A stretch of 32,000 bases of DNA from Crocosphaera subtropica ATCC 51142 (GCF_000017845.1 NC_010546.1:4620001-4652000); one strand, 5' to 3'; shown: positions 18,625 through 28,179, counted from the first letter of the stretch. Made by a program: numbers and translations. Notes: generated by a model not told the origin, from the letters alone.

Positions 18625-18891
18625 GGAATATTTCTTATGATTATTTGCAAAAGTGGATAGCAGTTAACGAGATAAAATCGAAAATATTGTTAAGTTTAAA
18701 AAATTTCTTACCAGCATAACACTTTTATGAAAATTTGGTCAGGCAGCTTTCCCCTAGTCTTACAAAATAATAATATCTTTAGATTTTTAGTATTTTAGGG
18801 GAGGATTGACATTGACTGTACTTGCTTTCTGCTCTCATCCCTTCTATCTTTGAGAAGATAGCTTCAAGAGGGGGTTTTTCGATTGGATAAG

Positions 18892-19698
18892 ATGGAACAA
18901 TTTTTGTCTGAGGTCTTACACTTCTGTCAAAAAACCACAACAGCGATCGCAGATACCTTGATAGAAAAAGCGGGGAATGTCTCCCCTACTGCCAAAGATG
19001 ATGGTTCTCTAGTTACCTCCGCTGATCGTTGGGCCGATCAAACCATTCGAGATGCGATCGCCTCAAAATTTCCTAATCATGGGGTCTTAACCGAAGAAAC
19101 CACTCATATTTTTCCTGATCAAGATTGGTGTTGGATCGTTGATCCCATCGATGGAACCACCAACTTTACTAGGGGGGTTCCTATCTGGGCTATTTCTTTG
19201 GGGTTGTTATATCACGGAACGCCTGTCTTTGGTTTTGTTTATGTTCCCACCTTAAAACAGTCTTTTTATGGTTATTGGTATGGGGAAACAGGGTTAAGTG
19301 GACCAACAGGGGCTTATTGTAACGGTCAACCTATTTCTACCAGTCAAGATACCCCCACAAAAAGTCATTTATTTAATCTTTGCGCTCGTAGTACGAAAGT
19401 GTTACAACAACCCTTTCCTTGTAAAATTCGTATGATCGGAGTGGCTAGTTATAATCTATTATTAGTCGCTTCTGGGGCAGCGGTTGGAGGTGTAGAAGCC
19501 ACACCAAAAGTTTGGGATATTGCGGCGGTTTGGGTGATTATTCAAGCTGCAGGAGGAACGTTTATTTTTTTAAAAGATCCTTCTCTTTTTCCTTTAATAA
19601 TTGGTGAAAATTATGGAAAGAAATCCATCCCCTCTTTAGCGGTTAATCAGGCTGAATTTGTCTCTTTATTTAAACCTTTAGTAGAATGTATTGTGTAA
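18892..19698 (+). CDS. Inositol monophosphatase family protein
   Basis: Family motifs LTEE, WIVDPIDGTTNF and WDIAA. The listed ORF starts at TTG 18883; ATG at 18892 (MEQFLSEV...) is preferred. Confidence 0.85.
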   Translation: MEQFLSEVLHFCQKTTTAIADTLIEKAGNVSPTAKDDGSLVTSADRWADQTIRDAIASKFPNHGVLTEETTHIFPDQDWCWIVDPIDGTTNFTRGVPIWAISLGLLYHGTPVFGFVYVPTLKQSFYGYWYGETGLSGPTGAYCNGQPISTSQDTPTKSHLFNLCARSTKVLQQPFPCKIRMIGVASYNLLLVASGAAVGGVEATPKVWDIAAVWVIIQAAGGTFIFLKDPSLFPLIIGENYGKKSIPSLAVNQAEFVSLFKPLVECIV

Positions 19699-19702
19699 AT
19701 CG

Positions 19703-20545
19703 ATGGTTGAACGCAAAGTTGTTAAGCTATCTCAAGTTGAATTGTCCTATCTAGAATGGAATCAAGGAACGCAACCATTATTATTGTTACATGGATTAGC
19801 AGATCATGGGTTGGTTTGGTCTAGTTTAGGGGATTATTTAGCCCAAGATTATCATATTATTGCGCCGGATCTTCGAGGACACGGGGATAGTAGTAAACCG
19901 AAAAAAGGCTATAAATTTTCTGATTATATTGCTGATCTAAATCAATTAATGGATTTTTTAAACTGGAAATCTGCTCACGTTATCTCCCATTCTTGGTCAG
20001 CAAAATTAGCAGCAATTTGGGCAACGCAGCAACCAGAAAGATTTATAGATTTGATCTTAATTGATCCCTTTTTTATTGATAAAATGCCAGCATGGTTTAA
20101 AATAACCTTTCCGATTCTCTACAAAACCTTACCATTTTTGAAAGCAATGGGGCCTTTTAATAGCTATGAAGAAGCCGAGACATTAGCCCGTACCTTGAAA
20201 CAGTATCGAGGATGGAGTCCTCAACAACAAGAAGTCTTTAAGTTAGGAATGGAAGAAAAGGAACAAGGAAAATGGGGAAGTAAATTTATTAAACAAGCCA
20301 GAGATGAAATTTTTGAAGACGTGATGAAATATGCAGGACTCACCGAAGACATTAACATTCCGACTTTATTGATTAAACCAGAAAAAGGACTTAATCGAAC
20401 AGCATGGCAACTGAAGCCCTATAAAACCTATTTACAACAATTACAAATTGCAGAAGTGCCAGGGAATCATTGGGCGTTTTTAGTCGAACCATTAATGTTT
20501 AATGAAACAGTAAAAGCCTTTTTATCTCGCAAGGTCAGCTTTTGA
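19703..20545 (+). CDS. Alpha/beta hydrolase
   Basis: LLLLHGLADH, IAPDLRGHGDS, nucleophile elbow SHSWSA, and C-terminal PGNHWAF (catalytic His). ATG at 19703 lies 4 nt after the upstream stop, whereas the listed TTG at 19691 overlaps it. Probably co-transcribed with the phosphatase gene. Confidence 0.8.
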   Translation: MVERKVVKLSQVELSYLEWNQGTQPLLLLHGLADHGLVWSSLGDYLAQDYHIIAPDLRGHGDSSKPKKGYKFSDYIADLNQLMDFLNWKSAHVISHSWSAKLAAIWATQQPERFIDLILIDPFFIDKMPAWFKITFPILYKTLPFLKAMGPFNSYEEAETLARTLKQYRGWSPQQQEVFKLGMEEKEQGKWGSKFIKQARDEIFEDVMKYAGLTEDINIPTLLIKPEKGLNRTAWQLKPYKTYLQQLQIAEVPGNHWAFLVEPLMFNETVKAFLSRKVSF

Positions 20546-20639
20546 AGGAGGCAAGCGTTCAAGAACCTGGGGAGAAGAGAGGTTACTTGACAGAGTAAAC
20601 TAGAAATTAAACTGGATTAAAAAGCTTGGAGTCTAGATA

Positions 20640-21149
20640 ATGACACTTTCGATGTATCAAGCCGGTATTCCACCTTTGACCCGCACTTTGAACAACTTGG
20701 TGGGGATTTTGGAAAAGGGCGCAGCCTATGCTGAGGCGAAAAAGATCGATCCGACAGTTCTCATCCAATTTCGCTTGTATCCAGATATGTTTCCCCTATC
20801 TCGACAAGTGCAAATTGCCTCAGATATAGCTAGACGGGGTGTAGCTAGACTAGCAGGGGTTGAAGCCCCAACCATAGAGGATACAGAGACAACCTTCCCA
20901 GAACTGATTAATCGGCTTCAGAAGACAATTGCTTACTTAGAAACGTTGACCCCAGAACAAATTGACGGCACGGAAACCAAAATCATTGAACTACCCATTG
21001 GGGAGGAAACAATGAAGTTTGATGGACAAGCATTTCTATTGTATTTTGTGCTTCCGAATGTGTACTTTCATGTCACTACGGCCTATGATATTCTTCGTCA
21101 CTGCGGAGTAGAAATAGGTAAGCGTGATTATCTTGGCGCACCTAATTAA
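20640..21149 (+). CDS. DUF1993 (DinB-like four-helix bundle) family protein
   Basis: 169 aa. The pattern ...LTRTLNNLVGILEKG...RLYPDMFPLSRQVQIASD...LPNVYFHVTTAYDILRHCGVEIGKRDYLG matches my memory of DUF1993 proteins. Confidence 0.7.
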   Translation: MTLSMYQAGIPPLTRTLNNLVGILEKGAAYAEAKKIDPTVLIQFRLYPDMFPLSRQVQIASDIARRGVARLAGVEAPTIEDTETTFPELINRLQKTIAYLETLTPEQIDGTETKIIELPIGEETMKFDGQAFLLYFVLPNVYFHVTTAYDILRHCGVEIGKRDYLGAPN

Positions 21150-21176
21150 CAATAGAGACTATTCGTTGAGGTAAAC

Positions 21177-21311
21177 GTGAGTTCGGAGTTCGGAGTGCGA
21201 CTATGTCGTGCTACGCAACGGAGTTAGAATTTTTTTTAACGGGGAAAGCAGGGTTTGAGACTTCTTGTTGGTTGTCAGTTTTCCATAGATTCTCTTCCGT
21301 CGAACTCAGGT
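21177..21311. repeat. Second copy of the heptamer-plus-core repeat, bounded by inverted GAGTTCG / CGAACTC ends
   Basis: GTGAGTTCG GAGTTCG GAGTGCG is followed by the core (21189-21241, 46/53 identical to 2468-2520) and a T8 run. About 60 nt further on, CGAACTCAGGT (21301-21311) is the reverse complement of the ACCTGAGTTCG motif seen at 2530-2540 and, inverted, at 30080-30090. Confidence 0.6.
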
Positions 21312-21465
21312 GAGGTAAGTAGAGGGAGTAGGGGAGATAAAGCAAAAAGAATATTAATTAAGTCTCTAGTAACTTTTGAGAATTGGTATTAATTGATGCA
21401 CCACTGATAAAAACGAACTGTATATCTTCTCTAAAGCACGATCAATTAAACAAGGGGGATAGGAT

Positions 21466-21933
21466 TTGGATACCATAACCATACGTTTAGCCCAATTCAG
21501 TGATGCCAAGAATATTGCAGCTTTTAATCAAGCAATGGCTCTCGAAACCGAGGGAAAAGCATTACTATCCCAGGTTATTTTAGCAGGGGTTCATGGTTTG
21601 TTAGAAAATCCGTCACAAGGCTTCTATATTGTAGCCGAAGTCAAATCAAAGGTCGTTGGATGTTTGATGATTACTCAAGAGTGGAGTGACTGGCGTAATG
21701 GAGTGTTTTGGTGGCTTCAAAGTGTTTATGTCGAACCTGATTATCGTCGTCGTGGTATTTATCGCAGGATGTATGAGTTTATCAAAGAACTAGCTAATTG
21801 CGAAGATAATGTTTGTGGGTTTCGGTTATATGTTGAGCAAGATAATAAAGTTGCCCAAGAAACTTATAGCGCACTGGGAATGAGACAACTTCCTTATCTG
21901 ATATTTGAAGCGTCAAAACCCCAGAAAACGTGA
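21466..21933 (+). CDS. GNAT-family N-acetyltransferase
   Basis: 155 aa with a TTG start. Has an acetyl-CoA-binding-type motif VYVEPDYRRRGIYRRMY and overall GNAT layout. Confidence 0.8.
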   Translation: MDTITIRLAQFSDAKNIAAFNQAMALETEGKALLSQVILAGVHGLLENPSQGFYIVAEVKSKVVGCLMITQEWSDWRNGVFWWLQSVYVEPDYRRRGIYRRMYEFIKELANCEDNVCGFRLYVEQDNKVAQETYSALGMRQLPYLIFEASKPQKT

Positions 21934-21977
21934 GCATCCAACGAATTTCGATTCGTTATGTCTGAAAGAAGCTTTTG

Positions 21978-22070
21978 ATACCAAATCCGCTTATTTTAGT
22001 AGAGTAACTTCTTTCTCCCTTCTCCCTGCTTCGAGACTTGATACTATACTATCTAAAGCGGATCTCGTAT
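21978..22070. mobile_element. MITE-like short repeat, copy B
   Basis: 93 nt that differ from copy C (29190-29281) at only 2 positions by hand alignment. Lies between the convergent GNAT and HEAT-repeat genes. Confidence 0.75.
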
Positions 22071-22135
22071 GAGTAGGGCGATCGCTCAAATGATTCAACT
22101 GAATATCTTGAACCACGATAAATCAATACAACTAT

Positions 22136-22807
22136 CTATCTTGAGGATAATTGTTTGACAACGTTTTTAGGTTTATTCGTAACTTTTTTCTGAGAAGATG
22201 AGGGATAGCTCTTAAAATAGTTCAAAGCAGCACTAGCCTTTTTGACAACCTCGTTATTAGCGTCCTTTTGGGCCAATTTAAGGAATGGTATGACCAAAGG
22301 AGTTTTAACTTGACTTAAAGCTTTAACTGCCGATAAACGAACAGAAAGCACGGGATCACGGCTTAAACGTCCTAAACCAAGAATCCCCTGGCGCATTTGA
22401 CTCCTAATGTTTTTTTTACTAACTAATTTTCCCAATGCCTCAGCAACACCAATACGAATTGAAGGGTCTGAATGGGTTAGATAATTAAGAAGAGGGGGGA
22501 TGTTGTAGGAAGAATTAGAGTCTCCCCAATCTTTGATATTTTGAGCTAAAGACGGATGATTGCTTTGGGAGGTAATAGTGGAATTAGTAGAGGATAAAGC
22601 AGATGAAGATGATGGAGGGGGTTGAGAAGGAAAAAAATTGATCTTAGAGGTGTTTATTTCACTAGATAATTCTGATGCTCTAGAAAATGCAGTTGAAGCG
22701 GAAGGCTTTTTTGAAGATTTTTGCTGAGATTCTTTTCGTTGAGTGAAGACCGAATAAAGACTAAGTATAACTAACAATAAAAATAAAGTGAGTAGGAAAT
22801 CATTCAT
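22136..22807 (-). CDS. Membrane-anchored HEAT-repeat (PBS-lyase-type HEAT) protein
   Basis: N-terminal TM helix (FLLTLFLLLVILSLYSVF), a Ser/Pro-rich low-complexity linker, then three HEAT-like units (DPSIRIGVAEALGKL, DPVLSVRLSAVKALSQV, DANNEVVKKASAAL). Confidence 0.7.
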   Translation of the reverse strand: MNDFLLTLFLLLVILSLYSVFTQRKESQQKSSKKPSASTAFSRASELSSEINTSKINFFPSQPPPSSSSALSSTNSTITSQSNHPSLAQNIKDWGDSNSSYNIPPLLNYLTHSDPSIRIGVAEALGKLVSKKNIRSQMRQGILGLGRLSRDPVLSVRLSAVKALSQVKTPLVIPFLKLAQKDANNEVVKKASAALNYFKSYPSSSQKKVTNKPKNVVKQLSSR

Positions 22808-23435
22808 TAGAAAAATTTAACCAGTACAAAACACAAATTTTTAGCAAGTTTTATTTTAACCCATTTGGTTACAAACTGGCTGTAATAGTACGTTAAATTA
22901 AGATAAAAACTTAAATCTTGATATACTCAATTGAAAGCTGCTTTATTTCTTCCCATCAAAGCAGAATAATCACAGGAATAGCCAGAGAGTATGAGCCGAG
23001 AATAGACTATAATTAATGATTCTCTGGGAATTAATAGGGATAGATTTGAATGGCTTACTATCTTTCTTTAGGTTTTGAAGATAGTCGTTGAGTACAAGTT
23101 TTAAGCTTTTTTAATGAATCTTTGATTTGATGGTCTACTGAAGCTAGTTTATAGGCTAAACAAGAACTTTGTTGTGAACATTGATGACACAGCATAATCA
23201 CATATGGCTTCAAATCAGTTCAAGTTCAATGTTACCTTAACTAATCATATTTTTGAAGTTTCGGGGACACTTTGAAAACTGGTTAGTTTTAATCTAAGTC
23301 GAGTTAAAAGTTAATTTATGTTAAAAAAGCATCTCTGATAATCTTGACTTGAAAACAGCGATCGCTCCCTGATTGAATCTAAGGGAAATTCGTTAAGATT
23401 AAGAAAATACAAGAATCTATTTTAGGAGGTGTGAG

Positions 23436-23801
23436 ATGACTATTAATCTCAATCACACCATTATACCAACCAAGAATAAACAAGCTTCAGCCGAGTTTTT
23501 TGCACATCTTTTCGGACTCAAAGTAGAATCTCCTATGGGTCATTTCGCAGTTGTCCAGATTAATGATACTTTAACGTTTGATTTTGCTGAACGTGATGTA
23601 TTCGAGTCCCATCATTATGCTTTTCATGTGAGTGATGAAGAATTTGACTCGATTTTTGCACGGGTTCAAGAAGCCGAACTTGACTATAGTAGTGATCCCA
23701 TGCACAAGAATGTAGGAAAAATTAATCACCGAAAAGGAGGACGTGGTTTCTATTTCTATGATCTTGATGGTCATAACCTCGAATTACTCACCCGTGTCTA
23801 A
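23436..23801 (+). CDS. VOC (glyoxalase/bleomycin-resistance/dioxygenase) family protein
   Basis: 121 aa with good SD (AGGAGG) 7 nt upstream. LNHTIIPTKNKQASAEFF...HYAFHV...GGRGFYFYDLDGHNLELLT is typical of single-domain VOC proteins. Confidence 0.75.
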   Translation: MTINLNHTIIPTKNKQASAEFFAHLFGLKVESPMGHFAVVQINDTLTFDFAERDVFESHHYAFHVSDEEFDSIFARVQEAELDYSSDPMHKNVGKINHRKGGRGFYFYDLDGHNLELLTRV

Positions 23802-24028
23802 GTAGCTGGACAAAAATAAATATTACTGTGAAGTGAGTGGGGGAAGTTTGGATAATTTTTCTGAATAACTATATCTAATTTGGCTGGATGAATTTGGAGT
23901 TTGATTGCTTTTTTTACGATTACTGCCTTTGATTTCCTCTAATTTCTTATCTAACAGTTCACTTTGATTTTGTCCGATTAGTGACAAGATGTTATTAAGA
24001 TGTGAATTGACGATAAGTTTGAATAATA

Positions 24029-24928
24029 ATGTTAAACATTCCTGGATTTAACCAACATTCTCTCACCACTAGCCTAGGAAATATGGTCTATTATACGGCT
24101 GATGGTTTACCTTGGCTGACCACAGGAGAAACCCTATCAGATCGACCCACCTTAGTCTTTTTACACGGATTTGGAGGGGGTTCAAGTGCTTACGAATGGT
24201 CCCAGGTCTATCCTGCGTTTGCTAACGAGTATCGTATCATCGCACCGGACTTAATTGGTTGGGGAGAGTCTTCACATTTAGAGAGAAATTATACTATTGA
24301 GGATTATTTGACGACCCTAACAGAATTTATCGAGAAGATTTCTGAGGAACCGGTAATTGCGATCGCCTCTTCTTTAACGGCAGCATTGACCATTAGAGTA
24401 GCTGTGACTCGGCCGGAATTGTTTAAATCATTAATTTTAACCACGCCGGCAGGATTATCAGATTTTGGTGAAAATTATACCCGAAGTTTCTTTGCTCAAT
24501 TGGTCAGTACCCCCATCATCGATCGCTTTATTTATGACTTTGGGGTGGCTAATGAAATGGGAATTCGTAACTTTTTAGAAAATCGTCAATTTGCTAATGC
24601 TGAACGGGTTTATCCTGAAATTGTATCTACTTATTTAGCTTCAGCAACCCAACCATTAGCTGAATATAGTGCGCTATCTTTTGTCAGAGGAGATTTATGT
24701 TTTGATCTGGCACAATATATTGAACAATTGACCGTTCCTACAGCTATGATTTGGGGAAAAAAATCTCAGTTTACTGGCCCTGATATTGGTCGCAAATTGG
24801 CTAAGAAGAATCCCACAGCTATCAAATGCTTTGAAGTTATAGAAGAAGTTGGTTTAACCCCACAATTAGAACTTCCTGCCGTTACCATTGGGTTAATTCG
24901 TCGATTTTTAACTAAAGATTTAGTATGA
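24029..24928 (+). CDS. Alpha/beta hydrolase
   Basis: LVFLHGFGGGSS, IAPDLIGWGES, a nucleophile-elbow variant IASSLTA, and a C-terminal lid/His region. Confidence 0.8.
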   Translation: MLNIPGFNQHSLTTSLGNMVYYTADGLPWLTTGETLSDRPTLVFLHGFGGGSSAYEWSQVYPAFANEYRIIAPDLIGWGESSHLERNYTIEDYLTTLTEFIEKISEEPVIAIASSLTAALTIRVAVTRPELFKSLILTTPAGLSDFGENYTRSFFAQLVSTPIIDRFIYDFGVANEMGIRNFLENRQFANAERVYPEIVSTYLASATQPLAEYSALSFVRGDLCFDLAQYIEQLTVPTAMIWGKKSQFTGPDIGRKLAKKNPTAIKCFEVIEEVGLTPQLELPAVTIGLIRRFLTKDLV

Positions 24929-25007
24929 TCTAGCAGTTCCTATACTGGGGAGGATTCACCGTGAGCATCATGAGTCCGAAAAATCCTATAACCCTTTTCA
25001 ATGAATA

Positions 25008-26207
25008 ATGAATGAAGGTATGTCATTGAATTCTAGAGTGACTTTGCAAACGAACCTTTCTAAACTTCTAATTTTAAAAGGATTATCGTTTGCTTGGTTT
25101 CCCATTCCCACTATCATGTTATTTTATGGATCTCATGGGTTATCAATTGAACAATCGATTTTTCTCAAAACCGTTCTTTCTTTATCAATTTTTTTGTTAG
25201 AAATACCTTCAGGATATATTGCAGATCAATGGGGAAGAAAATTTTGTCTTGTCAGTGGTAGTGGAATTTGGGTTATAAGTTGGTTAATTTATTGTACTCA
25301 AGAGACATTTTCCTGGTTTATTGTCGCAGAAGGGTTAACAGGAGTAGCAGGTAGTTTAATTTCTGGGGCGGATATAGCCTTAACTTATGATACTTTATTA
25401 CAATTAGGACGCACCCAAGAATACCGTCAATTTGAGGGAAAATTAGTGGCGATCGCAGGAATTAGTGAAGCCATTTGTGGTTTGATTGGGGCTTTGGTTG
25501 CTCAATATAATTTAGTCTATCCTTTTTATTTACAAACAGTTTGTTTGATTTTTTATTGTTTTTTGGCGACTCAACTTATTGAGCCTAAAGATGAAGCTTT
25601 AGAACTGTCTCAAGATCCCCAGAATTTATGGTCAATTGTCAAGAATGCTTTAATTATTAATGCTTCAATTCGCTGGTTTATTTTATTAAGCGGTACATTT
25701 TCAGTGGCAACGTTTTTGATGGTTTGGTTATCTCAAACCTATCTATCTAATTATAATGTACCGACGGCTTGGTTTGGAGTGGTTTGGGTTGGGTTTCATG
25801 GGGGGATGAGTTGCGCTTCTTTATCTGCTAACAACCTTGAACAAACCTTTGGATTGAAAAAAAGCTTAGTCTTATTAATTATCTTATTGGCAAGTTCTTA
25901 TCTATTTTTAGGAATAATTGATCAAGTTTGGGGTATTTTATTTGTTGCCGTTATTTATTGTGTCAGAGGTTGGATCACTCCTATACTCAACGAAGCAATT
26001 AATAAGCTGGTTCCTTCTGTGACACGAGCCACTGTTTTTTCCATTAAAAGTTTTGTTTTTCGTTTGGGTTTTGCTATTATTGGAACAGCTTCGGGATGGT
26101 TAGCGGATCAACAATCCTTAAATCTATCATTAATAATAATAGGTATAATTTTTTTAATCTTTAGTTTATTTTGTTGGCAAAACTTGATTAAATTAAAAGC
26201 TATCTAA
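25008..26207 (+). CDS. MFS transporter
   Basis: 399 aa with about 12 TM segments and the loop 2-3 MFS signature GYIADQWGRKF. Confidence 0.8.
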   Translation: MNEGMSLNSRVTLQTNLSKLLILKGLSFAWFPIPTIMLFYGSHGLSIEQSIFLKTVLSLSIFLLEIPSGYIADQWGRKFCLVSGSGIWVISWLIYCTQETFSWFIVAEGLTGVAGSLISGADIALTYDTLLQLGRTQEYRQFEGKLVAIAGISEAICGLIGALVAQYNLVYPFYLQTVCLIFYCFLATQLIEPKDEALELSQDPQNLWSIVKNALIINASIRWFILLSGTFSVATFLMVWLSQTYLSNYNVPTAWFGVVWVGFHGGMSCASLSANNLEQTFGLKKSLVLLIILLASSYLFLGIIDQVWGILFVAVIYCVRGWITPILNEAINKLVPSVTRATVFSIKSFVFRLGFAIIGTASGWLADQQSLNLSLIIIGIIFLIFSLFCWQNLIKLKAI

Positions 26208-26272
26208 AAAAATACTGATTATGTATAAATAAATCTTCTCTCCACTCCCTACTCTCTACTCCTTCAAGAAAT

Positions 26273-27277
26273 ATGTCTCTTCCCTCAACCATCATCATTA
26301 AATTAGGTAAATTTGTTTGGACTACGATGTGGCATCAAATGATGTCTCAGTTAGCCCCTCGTAACGAATCTGGGGCTTATATACGACCTGAAAGCGAATT
26401 TCGTCATGACATCAATGATCAGCCTGAGAACGTCTATAAACCTGAATCTGGTCGTTATGCTTTATATGTCGGCATCGGTTGTCCTTGGGCCCATCGGACG
26501 CTGGTGGTGCGTGGCTTAAAAGGGCTAGAATCAGCGATTTCGGTGGTTTGGGTGAGGGGAGAAGCCACAGAAGGGGGTTGGATGCTAGAAACACCACAAG
26601 AGGGTTGTCACAGCTTAAAAGATGTTTATCAACGCAGTCAACCTGGCTATCAAGGAAGGGCGACAGTGCCGGTTTTGTGGGACAAACAAACTCAAACCGT
26701 GGTTAATAACGAAAGTGCTGATATTATTGAAATTCTGAATCGAGAATTCAATCAATGGGCCCAGCAGCCAGACCTGGATCTTTATCCTACCTCACAAAAA
26801 GAGTCCATTGACAGCTTAAATGAGCGCATTTATCACACCGTCAACAATGGAGTGTATCGCTGCGGTTTTGCTCAAAGTCAATCTGCTTATGAACAAGCTT
26901 GTAATGAGTTATTTTCGACCCTGGATGAATTAGAAAAAATATTAACCGATCATCGTTATTTATGTGGGGAAAATATTACCTTAGCCGATGTGAGACTGTT
27001 TACTACCTTGTTTCGTTTTGATGCGGTTTACTATGGATTGTTTAAATGTAATAAACGTCGTATCCGAGACTATGAAAATTTATATGGTTATTTACAAGAT
27101 ATTTATCAACTTCCTGGGGTGTCTTCTACTTGTGATTTAGAAAAAGTTAAACAAGATTACTATCATAATTTATTTCCCCTCAATCCAGGAGGAATTATTC
27201 CATCAGGGCCAGACCAAGAAGAATTATTATTGCCCCATCATCGAGAGAAGATTAAGCTTTCTTCTATTAAAGAATAA
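26273..27277 (+). CDS. Xi-class glutathione S-transferase / glutathionyl-hydroquinone reductase (YqjG/ECM4-like)
   Basis: Contains the diagnostic CPWAHR active-site motif (GIGCPWAHRTLVVRGLKGLE), VPVLWD, NNESADII, YRCGFA and the C-terminal FRFD..YYGLFKCN region. Confidence 0.85.
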   Translation: MSLPSTIIIKLGKFVWTTMWHQMMSQLAPRNESGAYIRPESEFRHDINDQPENVYKPESGRYALYVGIGCPWAHRTLVVRGLKGLESAISVVWVRGEATEGGWMLETPQEGCHSLKDVYQRSQPGYQGRATVPVLWDKQTQTVVNNESADIIEILNREFNQWAQQPDLDLYPTSQKESIDSLNERIYHTVNNGVYRCGFAQSQSAYEQACNELFSTLDELEKILTDHRYLCGENITLADVRLFTTLFRFDAVYYGLFKCNKRRIRDYENLYGYLQDIYQLPGVSSTCDLEKVKQDYYHNLFPLNPGGIIPSGPDQEELLLPHHREKIKLSSIKE

Positions 27278-27397
27278 ATGGTTGATGAATTAAGCTAAAA
27301 TCAATTATCATTCAATCGTTAATATTCAAGGCAACAGGTAAGAGTGAGGAAATTGGGAGAAATGAAAGAAGACTGGCAAGGGTGAGGCAGATAAATC

Positions 27398-28177
27398 ATG
27401 GTTCAACGGGTGCAAAAAATTTTATCTCAATGGGGAGTTGCTTCCCGTCGTCATGCTGAGGATATGATTGTCGCCGGACGAGTTAGGCTAAACGGGGAAA
27501 TCGTAACATTAGGAGATAAAGCCGATCCTAATTGCGATCGCCTTGAAGTAGATGGCAAACTCATTCAACCCAATCAACGGCCTCAACTACTTTATATATT
27601 AATGAATAAACCGATAGGAGTGGTTTGCACCTGTAATGATCCCCAAAATCGATCCATTGTCTTAGATTTCTTACCCAAAGCGTTCAGTCAGGGGACAGGA
27701 ATTCACCCCGTAGGAAGACTCGATTTTAACTCTTCTGGTGCTTTACTGTTAACAAATGATGGAGAATTAACCCTAAGATTAACCCATCCCCGTTACCATT
27801 TACCCAAAACCTATGAAGTCTGGGTTCAAGGATATCCTACAGAAGAAAGATTACAACAGTGGCGCGAAGGTGTTATGCTAATGGGCAAAAAGACTTTACC
27901 GGCTCAGGTAGAAGTGATTCGTCGTTCTCGTCAGCACACTTGCTTGAAAGTAGTTCTTACTGAAGGAAGAAATCGCCAAATTCGTCGTATTGTTCAACAC
28001 CTTGGTTTCCATGTTCTCCGACTCCATCGCACTGCTATTGGTCCTCTTGTTCTATCTTCTCCTAATGAAAGTAGCTTACCCAGTGGACAGCATCGTTTGC
28101 TTACCCCTTCAGAAATTCGTTTTCTCAAGCGTCGTGCCAACCTTATCACTGAAACGGAAGGGAAGCTGATTGAATAA
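27398..28177 (+). CDS. rluB: Pseudouridine synthase, RsuA/RluB family
   Basis: N-terminal S4 domain ([30 protein letters not shown]), catalytic-Asp motif [20 protein letters not shown], and GRNRQIRR. Confidence 0.85.
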   Translation: MVQRVQKILSQWGVASRRHAEDMIVAGRVRLNGEIVTLGDKADPNCDRLEVDGKLIQPNQRPQLLYILMNKPIGVVCTCNDPQNRSIVLDFLPKAFSQGTGIHPVGRLDFNSSGALLLTNDGELTLRLTHPRYHLPKTYEVWVQGYPTEERLQQWREGVMLMGKKTLPAQVEVIRRSRQHTCLKVVLTEGRNRQIRRIVQHLGFHVLRLHRTAIGPLVLSSPNESSLPSGQHRLLTPSEIRFLKRRANLITETEGKLIE

Positions 28178-28179
28178 AT

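Noticed and set aside
23571-23774. 67-aa ORF antisense to the VOC gene
   Set aside because: It is nested antisense and Ile/Phe-rich, so an AT-driven artefact.
23886-24030. Minus-strand open frame (..LIGQNQSELLDKKLEEIKGSNRKKSNQTPNSSSQIRYSYSEKLSKLPPLTSQ*) upstream of the second hydrolase gene
   Set aside because: It has no ATG/GTG start with an RBS, runs into the start of the opposite-strand CDS, and is low-complexity. Most likely it is noise.
26412-26706. Two overlapping ORFs (61 aa minus strand, 75 aa plus strand) inside the GST gene
   Set aside because: Both lie in the locally GC-richer conserved core of a confident CPWAHR-motif GST and are Arg/Gly/Ser-rich off-frame products.
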